A stretch of 64,000 bases of DNA from Acidimicrobiaceae bacterium (GTDB taxonomy: Bacteria > Actinomycetota > Acidimicrobiia > Acidimicrobiales > Ilumatobacteraceae). Position numbers and translations under genes: made by a program. The stretch lies in assembly GCA_016722025.1 (NCBI GenBank), contig JADKGZ010000018.1:3437-67436 (forward strand). The letters are read 5' to 3'. The notes below the pieces were generated by a model. The model ran no database searches. It was not told the origin of the DNA and saw only the letters and a program-made list of their open reading frames with translations. Below are positions 44,298 through 53,122 of the stretch, piece after piece. Every line of letters begins with the position of its first letter. Position 1 is the first letter of the stretch.

Positions 44298-45095
44298 TCA
44301 GCCGTGAATCGGCCCCACCGCGTCGCGCAACGACGGTGTGGCCCGGCCGGTTCGGCGGGCGATGATCTCCGCGCAGATCGAGATGGCCGTTTCCTCGGGC
44401 GTGCGGGCACCGAGATCGAGACCGATCGGCGACATCAGGCGGGCCAGCTGATCTGCGTGGGTGACGCCCACTTCGGCCAGCCGCTGCAACCGCGTGGCGT
44501 GCGTTGTGCGGCTGCCCATCACACCGATGTAGCCGGCCGTGGTGGCCAGCGCTCCCTGCACCGCGGGGACGTCGAACTTCGGGTCGTGCGTGAGGATGCA
44601 CACCGCATCGCGCGGGGCCAACGTGTGCCCTCGCTCGGCGAACACCGGCCCGGGCCATGACACGAGCACTTCGTCGGCCATCGGGAATCGCCGACGAGTG
44701 GCGAAGATCTCGCGCGCATCGCACACCAGCACCCGGTAGCCCAACACCTTGGCGACCTTGGCCAGGGCCGCCGTGAAGTCGACGGCGCCGAAGATCCACA
44801 TCTGCGGCGGTGGCGCCCAGCTCTCGATGAAGGCCACGACGACCGGCGTGCCCGCCAGGTCCTCAGGGGTGGTCTCTCCGTTGGGGCCGTAGTGACGGAT
44901 GCCGCTACGACCCGCCTCCAGCTCGCCGAGCGCGTCGCGGGCGGCAATGCGATCGAGCTCGGGGCTGCCGAGCGTGCCCAGTGGCGCAGCGCCAGGGGCG
45001 ACCAACAGCTTGCTGCCGATGCCCGCCCCTTCGATGACGGTGACCAGAGCGACAGGCTGCTCGCTGCGGATGCGCTCGTTGAGCTGCTCGTACAT
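44298..45095 (-). CDS. XdhC/CoxI family accessory protein, Rossmann-like C-terminal module
   Basis: ...MWIFGAVDFTAALAKVAKVLGYRV...GVMGSR...LMSPIGLDLGARTPEE. Confidence 0.8.
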   Translation of the reverse strand: MYEQLNERIRSEQPVALVTVIEGAGIGSKLLVAPGAAPLGTLGSPELDRIAARDALGELEAGRSGIRHYGPNGETTPEDLAGTPVVVAFIESWAPPPQMWIFGAVDFTAALAKVAKVLGYRVLVCDAREIFATRRRFPMADEVLVSWPGPVFAERGHTLAPRDAVCILTHDPKFDVPAVQGALATTAGYIGVMGSRTTHATRLQRLAEVGVTHADQLARLMSPIGLDLGARTPEETAISICAEIIARRTGRATPSLRDAVGPIHG

Positions 45096-45100
45096 CGGGT

Positions 45101-45418
45101 TCACCAGTCGAGGGGTTCGATGAACAGGCGGATGATGCCCCCGCATGTGAGGCCGACTGCGAACGCGTCGTCGTCGCTGTAGCCGAAGGTGACCACCCGC
45201 GCCGGGGCATCGCCGTGCAGGATCGCCAACGCCTCGGCCACGACGGCGCTCTCCACGCACCCTCCGCTGACGCTGCCGGTCACCTCGCCGGCCTCGTTGA
45301 CGGCCATCGCCGCGCCCGGCAACCGTGGGCCGGACCCTTCGATGTCGACGACCCTGGCGATGGCGACGCGGGCGCCGGTTGCCCGCCACCGGTCGATGTC
45401 GTCGAGCAGCTCTTTCAT
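45101..45418 (-). CDS. XdhC/CoxI family accessory protein, N-terminal module (separate gene)
   Basis: ...GSGPRLPGAAMAV...G.VSGGCVE. ATGA overlap with the coxE stop. Confidence 0.8.
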   Translation of the reverse strand: MKELLDDIDRWRATGARVAIARVVDIEGSGPRLPGAAMAVNEAGEVTGSVSGGCVESAVVAEALAILHGDAPARVVTFGYSDDDAFAVGLTCGGIIRLFIEPLDW

Positions 45419-46596
45419 CGTGGCTCCAGCTTGCTCGGTGGGACCTGGGACGTGCGGCGCAGTGGCGCCCCGGCGATGACTCCTGCCAGCTCGTGCATGG
45501 CTGACAGGCTGTGCCCTTCCACGAAGTCGTCGACGAAGGGCAGTGCAGCTGCCATGCCACGGGCCAAGGGCGCGTAGCCGGGGGTGACCTTCAGCGGGTT
45601 CACCCAGATCGTCTGGTACGTGATCCGTTGCAGCCGCTGCATCTGGTCGGCGAGCACCTGCGGGTCGCCACGGTCCCATCCATCGCTGAGGATGACCACG
45701 ATGGCGCCGCGGGCCATGCCACGCACGCCCCACTGGTCGTTGAACTCGCGCAGGCAGTCGCCAAGCCGCGTGCCACCGCTCCAGTCGTGCACCCGCCTGC
45801 CGGCCGCGGCGAGCGCGGTGTCGGGGTCGCGACTGTGCAGCTCCTTGGTCATCCGGGTGAGCCGGGTGCCGATGGCGAACGCTTCCACGCGTTGGCGGCC
45901 GGAGACGGCGGCGTGCACGAAGCGCAGCATCGCACGAGCGTACGGCTCCATCGAGCCCGAGATGTCGAGCAGCACCACCAGCCGCCGCAACCGCTCGCCG
46001 GGCTCGCGCCAGTGTCGACGAATGGGTTCGCCGCCTGCTCGCAGGGAGGCGCGCACGGTGGCAGGGAGGTCGGGCCGGCTGCCGCGGCGTGAGCGACGGT
46101 ACCGAAACGAGTGACGTGGTGGCCCGATGAAGCGCAGCTGCGACATCAGCTCCTGCGCGAGGCGAAGCTCGTCGGTGGTGTAGGCGGCGAAGTCCTTGTC
46201 GCGCAACACCTCCATCGGGCTGAAGCGCAACACGATGGTGGGCTCGTCGTTCGCCGCGCCGTCACCGTCGTGGTCGTCATCGTCGGGCTCGTCGTCGAGC
46301 GCGAGCGTGATGTGCAACGGCTCGTCGGGTTGCTGGTCGGCATCGTCGTGGGCGGCGCTGAGCCAGAAGACCGCGAACGACCGGTCGTAGAGCTCGAAGT
46401 CCTCGGGCTTGCGAACCAGTGTGGCTCGCCCTGCCCAGTACACGCAGGTGCGGTCCTGCATGCCCACCTGCCCCAGCGCATCGACGAACGCCAGCACGCT
46501 GCCCATGGGCACGCGCAGGCCCGCGCCCCGCAACACGCGGGCGAAGGTGACGGCCATGCGCTCGGCCGGCGTGTGTGGCGCGAGCACGTCGCTCAT
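45415..46596 (-). CDS. coxE: VWA-domain CoxE-like protein
   Basis: C-terminal VWA with LLDISGSM (MIDAS DxSxS). Follows the MoxR ATPase. Confidence 0.85.
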   Translation of the reverse strand: MSDVLAPHTPAERMAVTFARVLRGAGLRVPMGSVLAFVDALGQVGMQDRTCVYWAGRATLVRKPEDFELYDRSFAVFWLSAAHDDADQQPDEPLHITLALDDEPDDDDHDGDGAANDEPTIVLRFSPMEVLRDKDFAAYTTDELRLAQELMSQLRFIGPPRHSFRYRRSRRGSRPDLPATVRASLRAGGEPIRRHWREPGERLRRLVVLLDISGSMEPYARAMLRFVHAAVSGRQRVEAFAIGTRLTRMTKELHSRDPDTALAAAGRRVHDWSGGTRLGDCLREFNDQWGVRGMARGAIVVILSDGWDRGDPQVLADQMQRLQRITYQTIWVNPLKVTPGYAPLARGMAAALPFVDDFVEGHSLSAMHELAGVIAGAPLRRTSQVPPSKLEPR

Positions 46597-46609
46597 CCGT
46601 CGCCCGCGT

Positions 46610-47533
46610 TCATGACGATTGGAAGCCTCGCTCGAAGGCTTGCTTGACGAGGTCGGCGATGCCGTGCTGGCGCGTGCGGTCCTGGTCTTCGCGGTACTTC
46701 AGCACCGCCCCCAGCGTTGCCTCCACGATCGCTTCGTCGAGCTCGGTGCGGCCCAGCGCTGCCAACGCCTGTGCCCAGTCGATGGTCTCTGCAACGCCCG
46801 GCGGCTTGTACAGGTTGAGCGTGCGCAGCGCCTCGACGGCGCCGGCCACCTGCCGGGCCAGCCGGTCGAGCACCTGTGGCACCCGCATGCGCACGATGCG
46901 AACCTCACGCTCGAAGTCGGGGTGCTCGACCCAGTGGTAGAGGCAGCGGCGCTTCAGGGCGTCGTGCACGTCGCGCGTGCGGTTGGAGGTGAGGATGACC
47001 AGCGGCGGACGCACCGCGTTGAAGCGTCCGATCTCGGGCACGGTGATCTGGTACTCGGACAGCACCTCCAGGAGGTAGGCCTCGAACTCGTCGTCGGCAC
47101 GGTCGATCTCGTCGATGAGCAGCACCGGCGGGATCTCGCCGGCGTGATCGATGGCCTGCAGCAGCGCTCGCTTCAACAGGAAGCGCTCGTTGTACAGCTG
47201 CTGCTCGAGCGCGTTGGTGGTGAGCCCCAACGACTCGCCGGTGGCCTCGGCAGCACGCAGGTGCAGCAGTTGTCGGCTGTAGTCCCAGTCGTACACAGCC
47301 TGTGACACGTCGATGCCCTCGTAGCACTGCAGGCGGATGAGCTCGCCACCCGTCCACCGGCTGAGCACCTTCGCCACTTCGGTCTTGCCCACACCGGCTT
47401 CGCCCTCCAGCAGCAGCGGGCGGCGAAGGGTCATCGCGAGGAAGACCGAGGTGGCCAGACCGTCGTCGGGGATGTAGCCGTGCAGGCTGAGCGCATGCGA
47501 GACATCAGCGGGGGTGTTGGGCTGGGTGACCAT
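46610..47533 (-). CDS. coxD: MoxR-type AAA+ ATPase CoxD-like
   Basis: Walker A GEAGVGKT and Walker B LLIDEIDRA. Confidence 0.9.
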   Translation of the reverse strand: MVTQPNTPADVSHALSLHGYIPDDGLATSVFLAMTLRRPLLLEGEAGVGKTEVAKVLSRWTGGELIRLQCYEGIDVSQAVYDWDYSRQLLHLRAAEATGESLGLTTNALEQQLYNERFLLKRALLQAIDHAGEIPPVLLIDEIDRADDEFEAYLLEVLSEYQITVPEIGRFNAVRPPLVILTSNRTRDVHDALKRRCLYHWVEHPDFEREVRIVRMRVPQVLDRLARQVAGAVEALRTLNLYKPPGVAETIDWAQALAALGRTELDEAIVEATLGAVLKYREDQDRTRQHGIADLVKQAFERGFQSS

Positions 47534-47554
47534 TGCGGTGCAGGTTAGAGCCGG

Positions 47555-49192
47555 ATGGCAGGCTGGTGCTCGATGAACGCTCTTCGCCGTCTCCGAGTCC
47601 CCGCGCCCGGCGCCCAACAGGTCGCCGTGTTCGTCCGTTCGCACCATCTCCCCGGCGAGGTTTCCTCGGTCGCGGCTCGACGCGAGGACGACTCGTGGGT
47701 GGCCGAGTTCGAGGCCGCGGTGGGCGACCACTACTGGATCCGAGTGGATGACGGGCCACCGCTGCTCGACCCCAGTTGCCACGACCTGCTCGTCACGCCC
47801 GATGGTCCGCGCAGCGTTGTACGCGATCCCTGGCCTCGCCAGCGTCAAGGTGCGCCACTCGCACAGTCACCGGTGGTCTACGAACTGCACGTTCGCGGCT
47901 TCGGCCGAACGTTCAGTGGGTGCATCCAGCACCTCGATCACGTTGCCGGCATCGGCGTGAACGTGATCGAGCTGATGCCCGTGCACCCGTTCGACCCACA
48001 GCACAACTACTGGGGCTACATGCCCTTGGTGTGGGGCGCGGTGCACCGACCGTACGCAATGCAACCCGAGCGTGCTGCCGAGGAGATGGCCGAGCTGGTC
48101 GCCGCTGCTCACGACCGGGGCATGCACGTGTGGCTCGACGTCGTCTTCAACCACACCGGCGAGGGCAATGCCAGCCTGCCCACTCACAGCCTGCGCGGGC
48201 TCGACGACGATCATGCGTATCGCCACCATGCCGACGGTCGCTACATCGACGACAGCGGGTGTGGCAACGACATCAACCCTGGCGATCCCTACGTTCGCGA
48301 GCTGGTGCTGGAGGCGTTGGGGCGCTACGCAGATCTGGGCATCGACGGTTTCCGGTTCGACCTCGCCTCGTTGCTCACGCGCGACGGCGGCGAGCTGGTG
48401 CAGATGATCACCGACTGGGCGGCACCACGTGGCGTGGCGCTGATCGCCGAACCGTGGGATCTCGGCGCGTACCAGGTCGGCTCGCCGGTGTGGCCGCCGG
48501 GCTGGCTGCAGTGGAACGACCGCTTCCGAGACGATGTGCGCGGCTTCCTTCGTGGTGAACCCGGTCTGGTCGGCGCGATCCGACAACGGGTGCAGGGCAG
48601 CCCCGACCAGTTCGGGGCCGACGGTGCACAGCGCACCGTCAACTTCGTGACCGCGCACGACGGCCTGACGCTCCACGACCTCACCATCGTCACCAGCGAT
48701 CGCCATCGATCGTGGGACACCGGCCCCGAACTGCGCCTGCAGCAGCTGAAGAACCACGTCGTACTGCTGCTGCTGTCGGCCGGCACGCCCATGTGGGTGA
48801 TGGGCGATGAGTTCGCCCGAACCCAGGATGGCAACGACAACCCGTACGACATCGATGGTCCGCTCACCTGGGTCGATTGGGCCCGGGCGCGGGCCTGGCA
48901 CGAGCTCACCGAGTGCATCCGATCGCTCGTGCAGCTTCGCCGCAACCATCCCCCGGTCGACGTTCACTTCTACGGTGTGGGCGCGGAGGTGGACGACTCG
49001 CACGAATCGCGATCCATCGCGTGGAGCGCGAGCGGCCTGTACGTGATGGTGAACGCGTGGTGGGAGCAGTTGACGTTCGACGTGCAGGAGCCGGGCGACT
49101 GGCAGGTGGTGATCGCCACTGCCGAGCCGGCAGCGCGCGGGCCGGGCAGCTTCACGCTCGCGCCGCGCAGCATCGTGGTGCTGCGCCGCTGA
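47555..49192 (+). CDS. GH13 debranching-type glycosidase (GlgX/isoamylase-like, short N-terminus)
   Basis: GH13 regions DVVFNHT, GFRFDLAS, EPWD and FVTAHD. Confidence 0.8.
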   Translation: MAGWCSMNALRRLRVPAPGAQQVAVFVRSHHLPGEVSSVAARREDDSWVAEFEAAVGDHYWIRVDDGPPLLDPSCHDLLVTPDGPRSVVRDPWPRQRQGAPLAQSPVVYELHVRGFGRTFSGCIQHLDHVAGIGVNVIELMPVHPFDPQHNYWGYMPLVWGAVHRPYAMQPERAAEEMAELVAAAHDRGMHVWLDVVFNHTGEGNASLPTHSLRGLDDDHAYRHHADGRYIDDSGCGNDINPGDPYVRELVLEALGRYADLGIDGFRFDLASLLTRDGGELVQMITDWAAPRGVALIAEPWDLGAYQVGSPVWPPGWLQWNDRFRDDVRGFLRGEPGLVGAIRQRVQGSPDQFGADGAQRTVNFVTAHDGLTLHDLTIVTSDRHRSWDTGPELRLQQLKNHVVLLLLSAGTPMWVMGDEFARTQDGNDNPYDIDGPLTWVDWARARAWHELTECIRSLVQLRRNHPPVDVHFYGVGAEVDDSHESRSIAWSASGLYVMVNAWWEQLTFDVQEPGDWQVVIATAEPAARGPGSFTLAPRSIVVLRR

Positions 49193-49204
49193 CCCGGCCG
49201 AGCG

Positions 49205-50644
49205 TCAGCTGTCGAAGCCGAGGCCGAAGCGGTCGAGGCCACGCAGCCACAGGTTGCGCTTGCCGGACTTGTCCTCGTGGTTCAAGGAGTAGCGGGTGGC
49301 CTGGATGCCGATGAATCGGAACGGCTCGGGTGGGAACGGCAGCGGCTTGCTCTTCACGAACTCGGTGCTCGTGGCCTTGCTGCGCTTGCCGTCGATCATG
49401 TCGAGCATCACCTCCGCGCCGAAGCGGGTGGACGCGACGCCGAGACCGGTGTAGCCGACGGAGTACGCCACCCTGCCTTGCATGGCGCTGCCCCAGAACA
49501 CGCAGAACCGGCTGCAGGTGTCGATGACGCCGCCCCACGCATGTGTGAACTTGAGGCCCTCCAGCTGAGGGAAGGTGTCGAAGAAGTGCTTGCTGAGCTT
49601 GGCCCAGGTCTCGGGTCGGCTCTCCAGCTCGGTGTTCACCTTGCCGCGCCAGTAGTAGATGACGTCGTAGCCACCCCACAGGATTCGGTTGTCCTCGGTG
49701 AGGCGGTAGTAGTGGAACTGGTTGCTGATGTCGCTGAGGCCCTGGCGACCCTTCCACCCGATGTCGGCCAGTTGCTGGTTGGAGAGCGGCTCGGTGACCA
49801 TGCAGTAGTCGTACACCGGAGCCACGTAGTGGCTGATCCGCTTCAGCAGCGGCTTGAACGCATTGGTGGCCAGCGCCACCTTGCCGGCGCGGATGCGGCC
49901 GAGCGGTGTGGTGATGAGCACACCGACGCCGTCCTTCTCGATGGCGGTGGCCTTGGTGTCTTCGTAGATGCGCACGCCCAACGACATGGCGGCGCCCTTC
50001 AGGCCCCAGGCCAGGCGGGCCGGGTCGACGATGGCCGCGCGATCCTTGCGCCACAGCCCACCGGTGTAGGTGGGTGAGTTGACCTGTGCCTGCATCGCAG
50101 CCTTGTCGAGCCACTCCACCTTCTGGCCCAGCGAGCGCAGCTGCGTGTAGTCGTCGCGCAGCTCGTCGAGGTATGAGGGCGAGTGGAACTCGGTGGCGAT
50201 GTCGATCACACCGGTGCGTTCGTAGTCGCAGTCGATGTTGTAGCGCTTGATCGCAGCTTCGATGTCGTTGAGGTTCTTCAGGCCCAGTTCTTCGAGCAAG
50301 GGCAGCTCGTCGGGAAAGCGCTCCTGCCCGTTGGCCACGCCGTGAGTGAGGCTGCTCTCCATGAAGCCGCCGTTGCGACCGCTGGCGGCCGAGCCGACTT
50401 CGTGTGCCTCGATGAGGATGACGTCGCGGCTCGGGTCGCGCTCCTTGGCGATGATGGCGGTCCACAGGCCGTTGTAACCGCCGCCAACGACGCACAGGTC
50501 GCAGATCTCACTGCGTACCAACGTCGGATTGCTATCGGGTTCGTCGGCGTCGTCGTACCAGTACGGGTACGGATCTGCATCGGCTATCGCGTCGAGGTGG
50601 AAGGCATCGAACTGCGAGTTCTCGTCGTCGGGGTTGAACGACAT
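49205..50644 (-). CDS. FAD-dependent oxidoreductase (DAO family)
   Basis: VVGGGYNGLWTA dinucleotide fold, then GRNGGF. Confidence 0.85.
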   Translation of the reverse strand: MSFNPDDENSQFDAFHLDAIADADPYPYWYDDADEPDSNPTLVRSEICDLCVVGGGYNGLWTAIIAKERDPSRDVILIEAHEVGSAASGRNGGFMESSLTHGVANGQERFPDELPLLEELGLKNLNDIEAAIKRYNIDCDYERTGVIDIATEFHSPSYLDELRDDYTQLRSLGQKVEWLDKAAMQAQVNSPTYTGGLWRKDRAAIVDPARLAWGLKGAAMSLGVRIYEDTKATAIEKDGVGVLITTPLGRIRAGKVALATNAFKPLLKRISHYVAPVYDYCMVTEPLSNQQLADIGWKGRQGLSDISNQFHYYRLTEDNRILWGGYDVIYYWRGKVNTELESRPETWAKLSKHFFDTFPQLEGLKFTHAWGGVIDTCSRFCVFWGSAMQGRVAYSVGYTGLGVASTRFGAEVMLDMIDGKRSKATSTEFVKSKPLPFPPEPFRFIGIQATRYSLNHEDKSGKRNLWLRGLDRFGLGFDS

Positions 50645-50714
50645 GGTGTCACTATCTCTCGGAGAGGCGCGGGTGATCGAGCGCCAGGCTAGCCACCTGC
50701 ACCTGGTGGTGAGC

Positions 50715-51101
50715 TCACTCGACCTCGGGGGCCGGCAGCAGCGTCAGCTGGTACTGCTCGAACCGAGGGTCGAACGTGGCAATGGTGCGCACGCGATGGC
50801 GTTCGGCCATCACCAACGTGAGCGCCAGATCGAGGTCGCCGCCAGAGGATGTGCGCTTCGCCGCTCGGCGATGCTGCATGCCGACCCACAGGCGATCGAC
50901 GGGAGCGAACCTGCCGCGGCGATCGAACCCGCCGTGTGCACGAAGGTGATCGCTGACCGCGACCAGCAGCACCGCCTCGACCTCGTACTCGGCAACCAGA
51001 CGGAGGTACTCGCCGGTGGCGCGCTCGTGCTGTTCGTGCTGGTCGTCGGCGACAGCGTGCAGGAACGAGTGCTCGAGCAGCACCTTCGGAGGATCGATCA
51101 T
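50715..51101 (-). CDS. PIN-domain protein (VapC-like), no cognate antitoxin gene seen
   Basis: VLLEHSFL (acidic 1, Glu instead of Asp), an internal acidic residue, and the ...LDLALTLVMAERHRVRTIATFDPRF C-terminal PIN pattern. Confidence 0.5.
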   Translation of the reverse strand: MIDPPKVLLEHSFLHAVADDQHEQHERATGEYLRLVAEYEVEAVLLVAVSDHLRAHGGFDRRGRFAPVDRLWVGMQHRRAAKRTSSGGDLDLALTLVMAERHRVRTIATFDPRFEQYQLTLLPAPEVE

Positions 51102-51105
51102 GGCA

Positions 51106-52176
51106 TCACCGGTGCCGGTGCCGGTGCCGGTGCCGGCGCCGGCGAAGCGCGGCACGTGCCCGGTGGCTGCGCGCGACCCGGGTGCGGCGCTCCATCCGGT
51201 TCCAGAACCAGAAGGTGCCGACGGTGATTCCCCAGCCGACCAGGCCATCGATCACCCAGTGTTCGCCGAGGTAGACCAGTGAGGCCAGCATCGTGATGGG
51301 GAACAGCAGCAGGGCCACCTTCACCCACGTCTGGCGGATCCACTGCATGAAGAACAGCGGCACGATGAGCGCGAAGGACGCATGCAGCGACGGCATCGCG
51401 GCAACGCCGTTGCCGTTGCTGAGTGCGATCTTGTAATCGTTGGTGAAGCCCTTGAACCCGAGGTGGCGAAAGCCGCGGCCGGCGTCGCGATGCAGCTCGT
51501 GGAACAGCTGGTACGGGTACTTGGGGCTGGCCACCATCCATGGTGGCGCGGTGGGCAGCAGCACGAACAGCAGGCAGCCGACGCCCAGCAGTGTGGCGAA
51601 GCGCTTCATGAACCGCACCCACTGCCGATGGCTGAGCACCCACAGCACCGCCATCGCGATGATGGGGAACACGAAGTGGGTCATGTACGTCGCCGAGGCC
51701 ACCACGTCGTACCAGCGCACCGATCGCTCCCAGAAGTGATCCTGCAGCACGGTGTTGGGGTCGTGTCCGAAGAACATCGCGCGGTCGATGTTGCGCATCG
51801 ACTCCACCTGCAGCGGATACGGCCCGACCTGGAACAGCCCGAAGACCTGAAAGCCGTCGTCGGCGGCGCCGCGTGTCTTCTCGTAGGCGAGCCACATCAC
51901 GATGTAGAAGGCACAATCGACCAGCAGGATGCCCCAGGTGCGCCAGCTGCGCCCGACGAAGGCGCAGACCAGGAAGATGGCCACGCTGATGGCCACCGAG
52001 ATGCGGTCGATGGGCAAGCCCTTCAGGCGCAGCCAGAGCAGGTAGGCCAACAGGTAACTGAACATCAGCCCCAGTCGCACCGGTTGGAGGTGGTCGACCG
52101 GAACCACCGAACGCAGCGACAGGCGCGTCGGCGGCGGCACGAAGGTGGGTGCCTCGGTGGTCGACATGGTCGCCAA
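51106..52176 (-). CDS. PAP2-superfamily membrane protein (PAP2_3 / IPC-synthase-like type)
   Basis: Multi-TM, with the MPSLHASFAL motif and a basic tail ending [12 protein letters not shown]. Confidence 0.75.
   Translation of the reverse strand: MATMSTTEAPTFVPPPTRLSLRSVVPVDHLQPVRLGLMFSYLLAYLLWLRLKGLPIDRISVAISVAIFLVCAFVGRSWRTWGILLVDCAFYIVMWLAYEKTRGAADDGFQVFGLFQVGPYPLQVESMRNIDRAMFFGHDPNTVLQDHFWERSVRWYDVVASATYMTHFVFPIIAMAVLWVLSHRQWVRFMKRFATLLGVGCLLFVLLPTAPPWMVASPKYPYQLFHELHRDAGRGFRHLGFKGFTNDYKIALSNGNGVAAMPSLHASFALIVPLFFMQWIRQTWVKVALLLFPITMLASLVYLGEHWVIDGLVGWGITVGTFWFWNRMERRTRVARSHRARAALRRRRHRHRHRHR
51111..51140. repeat. hexanucleotide repeat (GGTGCC x4 plus GGCGCC)
   Basis: Read directly. Encodes the HRHRHRHR tail of PAP2 and lies 10 nt upstream of the PIN start. 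Confidence 0.9.
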
Positions 52177-52226
52177 CGCTACCGATCGTTCACCTCCGGT
52201 TCATGGCACCTTTGCGACCATGCCCA

Positions 52227-52264
52227 CCAGTTTGTGTCAAGAACGCGAACTCACAGCACCAGGT
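52227..52264 (-). repeat. conserved 38-nt intergenic element, copy B (upstream of the PAP2 gene)
   Basis: CCAGTTTGTGTCAAGAACGCGAACTCACAGCACCAGGT. See copy A at 27438-27476. Confidence 0.7.
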
Positions 52265-52297
52265 GAACGCTCGACAGACTGTACGTACAGCGGATGA

Positions 52298-53122
52298 TCA
52301 GTGGGAGGCTTCGTCGAGGGCGCGGCGCACCAGGACCTTGGCGAGATGCGTGCGGTACTCGGTGCTGGCGTTGAGGTCGGCCTGCGGCTCGGCGTCGGCG
52401 GCGGCCAACTGGGCCGCGTCGGCGACGGACGCGCCGCCGGCGAGGGCAGCAGAGACACTGCCGGCGAGGATGGGCGTGCTGCCCATGTTGACCAGCGCGA
52501 CGCCGGAGGAACCGTTGCCGCGCCACGCCGCCACGCCCACGATGGCCCAATCCTGCGCACGCCGGTTGAACTTCTGGAAGCTCCAACCGGCGCCGCCCAT
52601 CTTGGGCACTCGGATCTCGGTGAGCATCTCGTCGGGCTCGAGCGCAGACTCGAGGAAGCCCTGGTAGAAGTCGGTGGCAGCGATCTCGCGTGTGCCGTTG
52701 GGGCCTTGCACCACATAGGTGGCGCCGAGCGCGAGCGTGGTTGCGGGCAGGTCGCTGGCGGGGTCGGCGTGGGCGATGGTGCCCCCCAGGGTGCCGCGGT
52801 GGCGCACCTGTGGATCGCCCACGTAGCCGGCGGCGTGCGCCAGCAGCGGCACGTGTTCCTTCAGGACCGCGCTGGTCTCGACATCCATGTGGCGTGTGAG
52901 GGCGCCGATCGCGATGTGGTCGCCGGCGTCGCGGATGTAGTTGAGGTCGCTGACGCGGCCGATGTCGACCAGCACGCTGGGCGATGCGAGGCGCAGCTTC
53001 ATCAGTGGCAGCAGGCTGTGCCCGCCGGCGAGGAACTTGGCCTCGTCGCCGTGCTGGCCGATGAGGCTGATCGCCTCGGCAGCTGAGCCGGCACGGACGT
53101 AGTCGAATGCTGCGGGAATCAC
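52298..53122 (-). CDS. coxM: molybdoenzyme FAD-binding medium subunit (CoxM-like)
   Basis: [11 protein letters not shown]...FLAGGHSLLPLMKLR. GTGA overlap with the coxL stop. Confidence 0.85.
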   Translation of the reverse strand: MIPAAFDYVRAGSAAEAISLIGQHGDEAKFLAGGHSLLPLMKLRLASPSVLVDIGRVSDLNYIRDAGDHIAIGALTRHMDVETSAVLKEHVPLLAHAAGYVGDPQVRHRGTLGGTIAHADPASDLPATTLALGATYVVQGPNGTREIAATDFYQGFLESALEPDEMLTEIRVPKMGGAGWSFQKFNRRAQDWAIVGVAAWRGNGSSGVALVNMGSTPILAGSVSAALAGGASVADAAQLAAADAEPQADLNASTEYRTHLAKVLVRRALDEASH

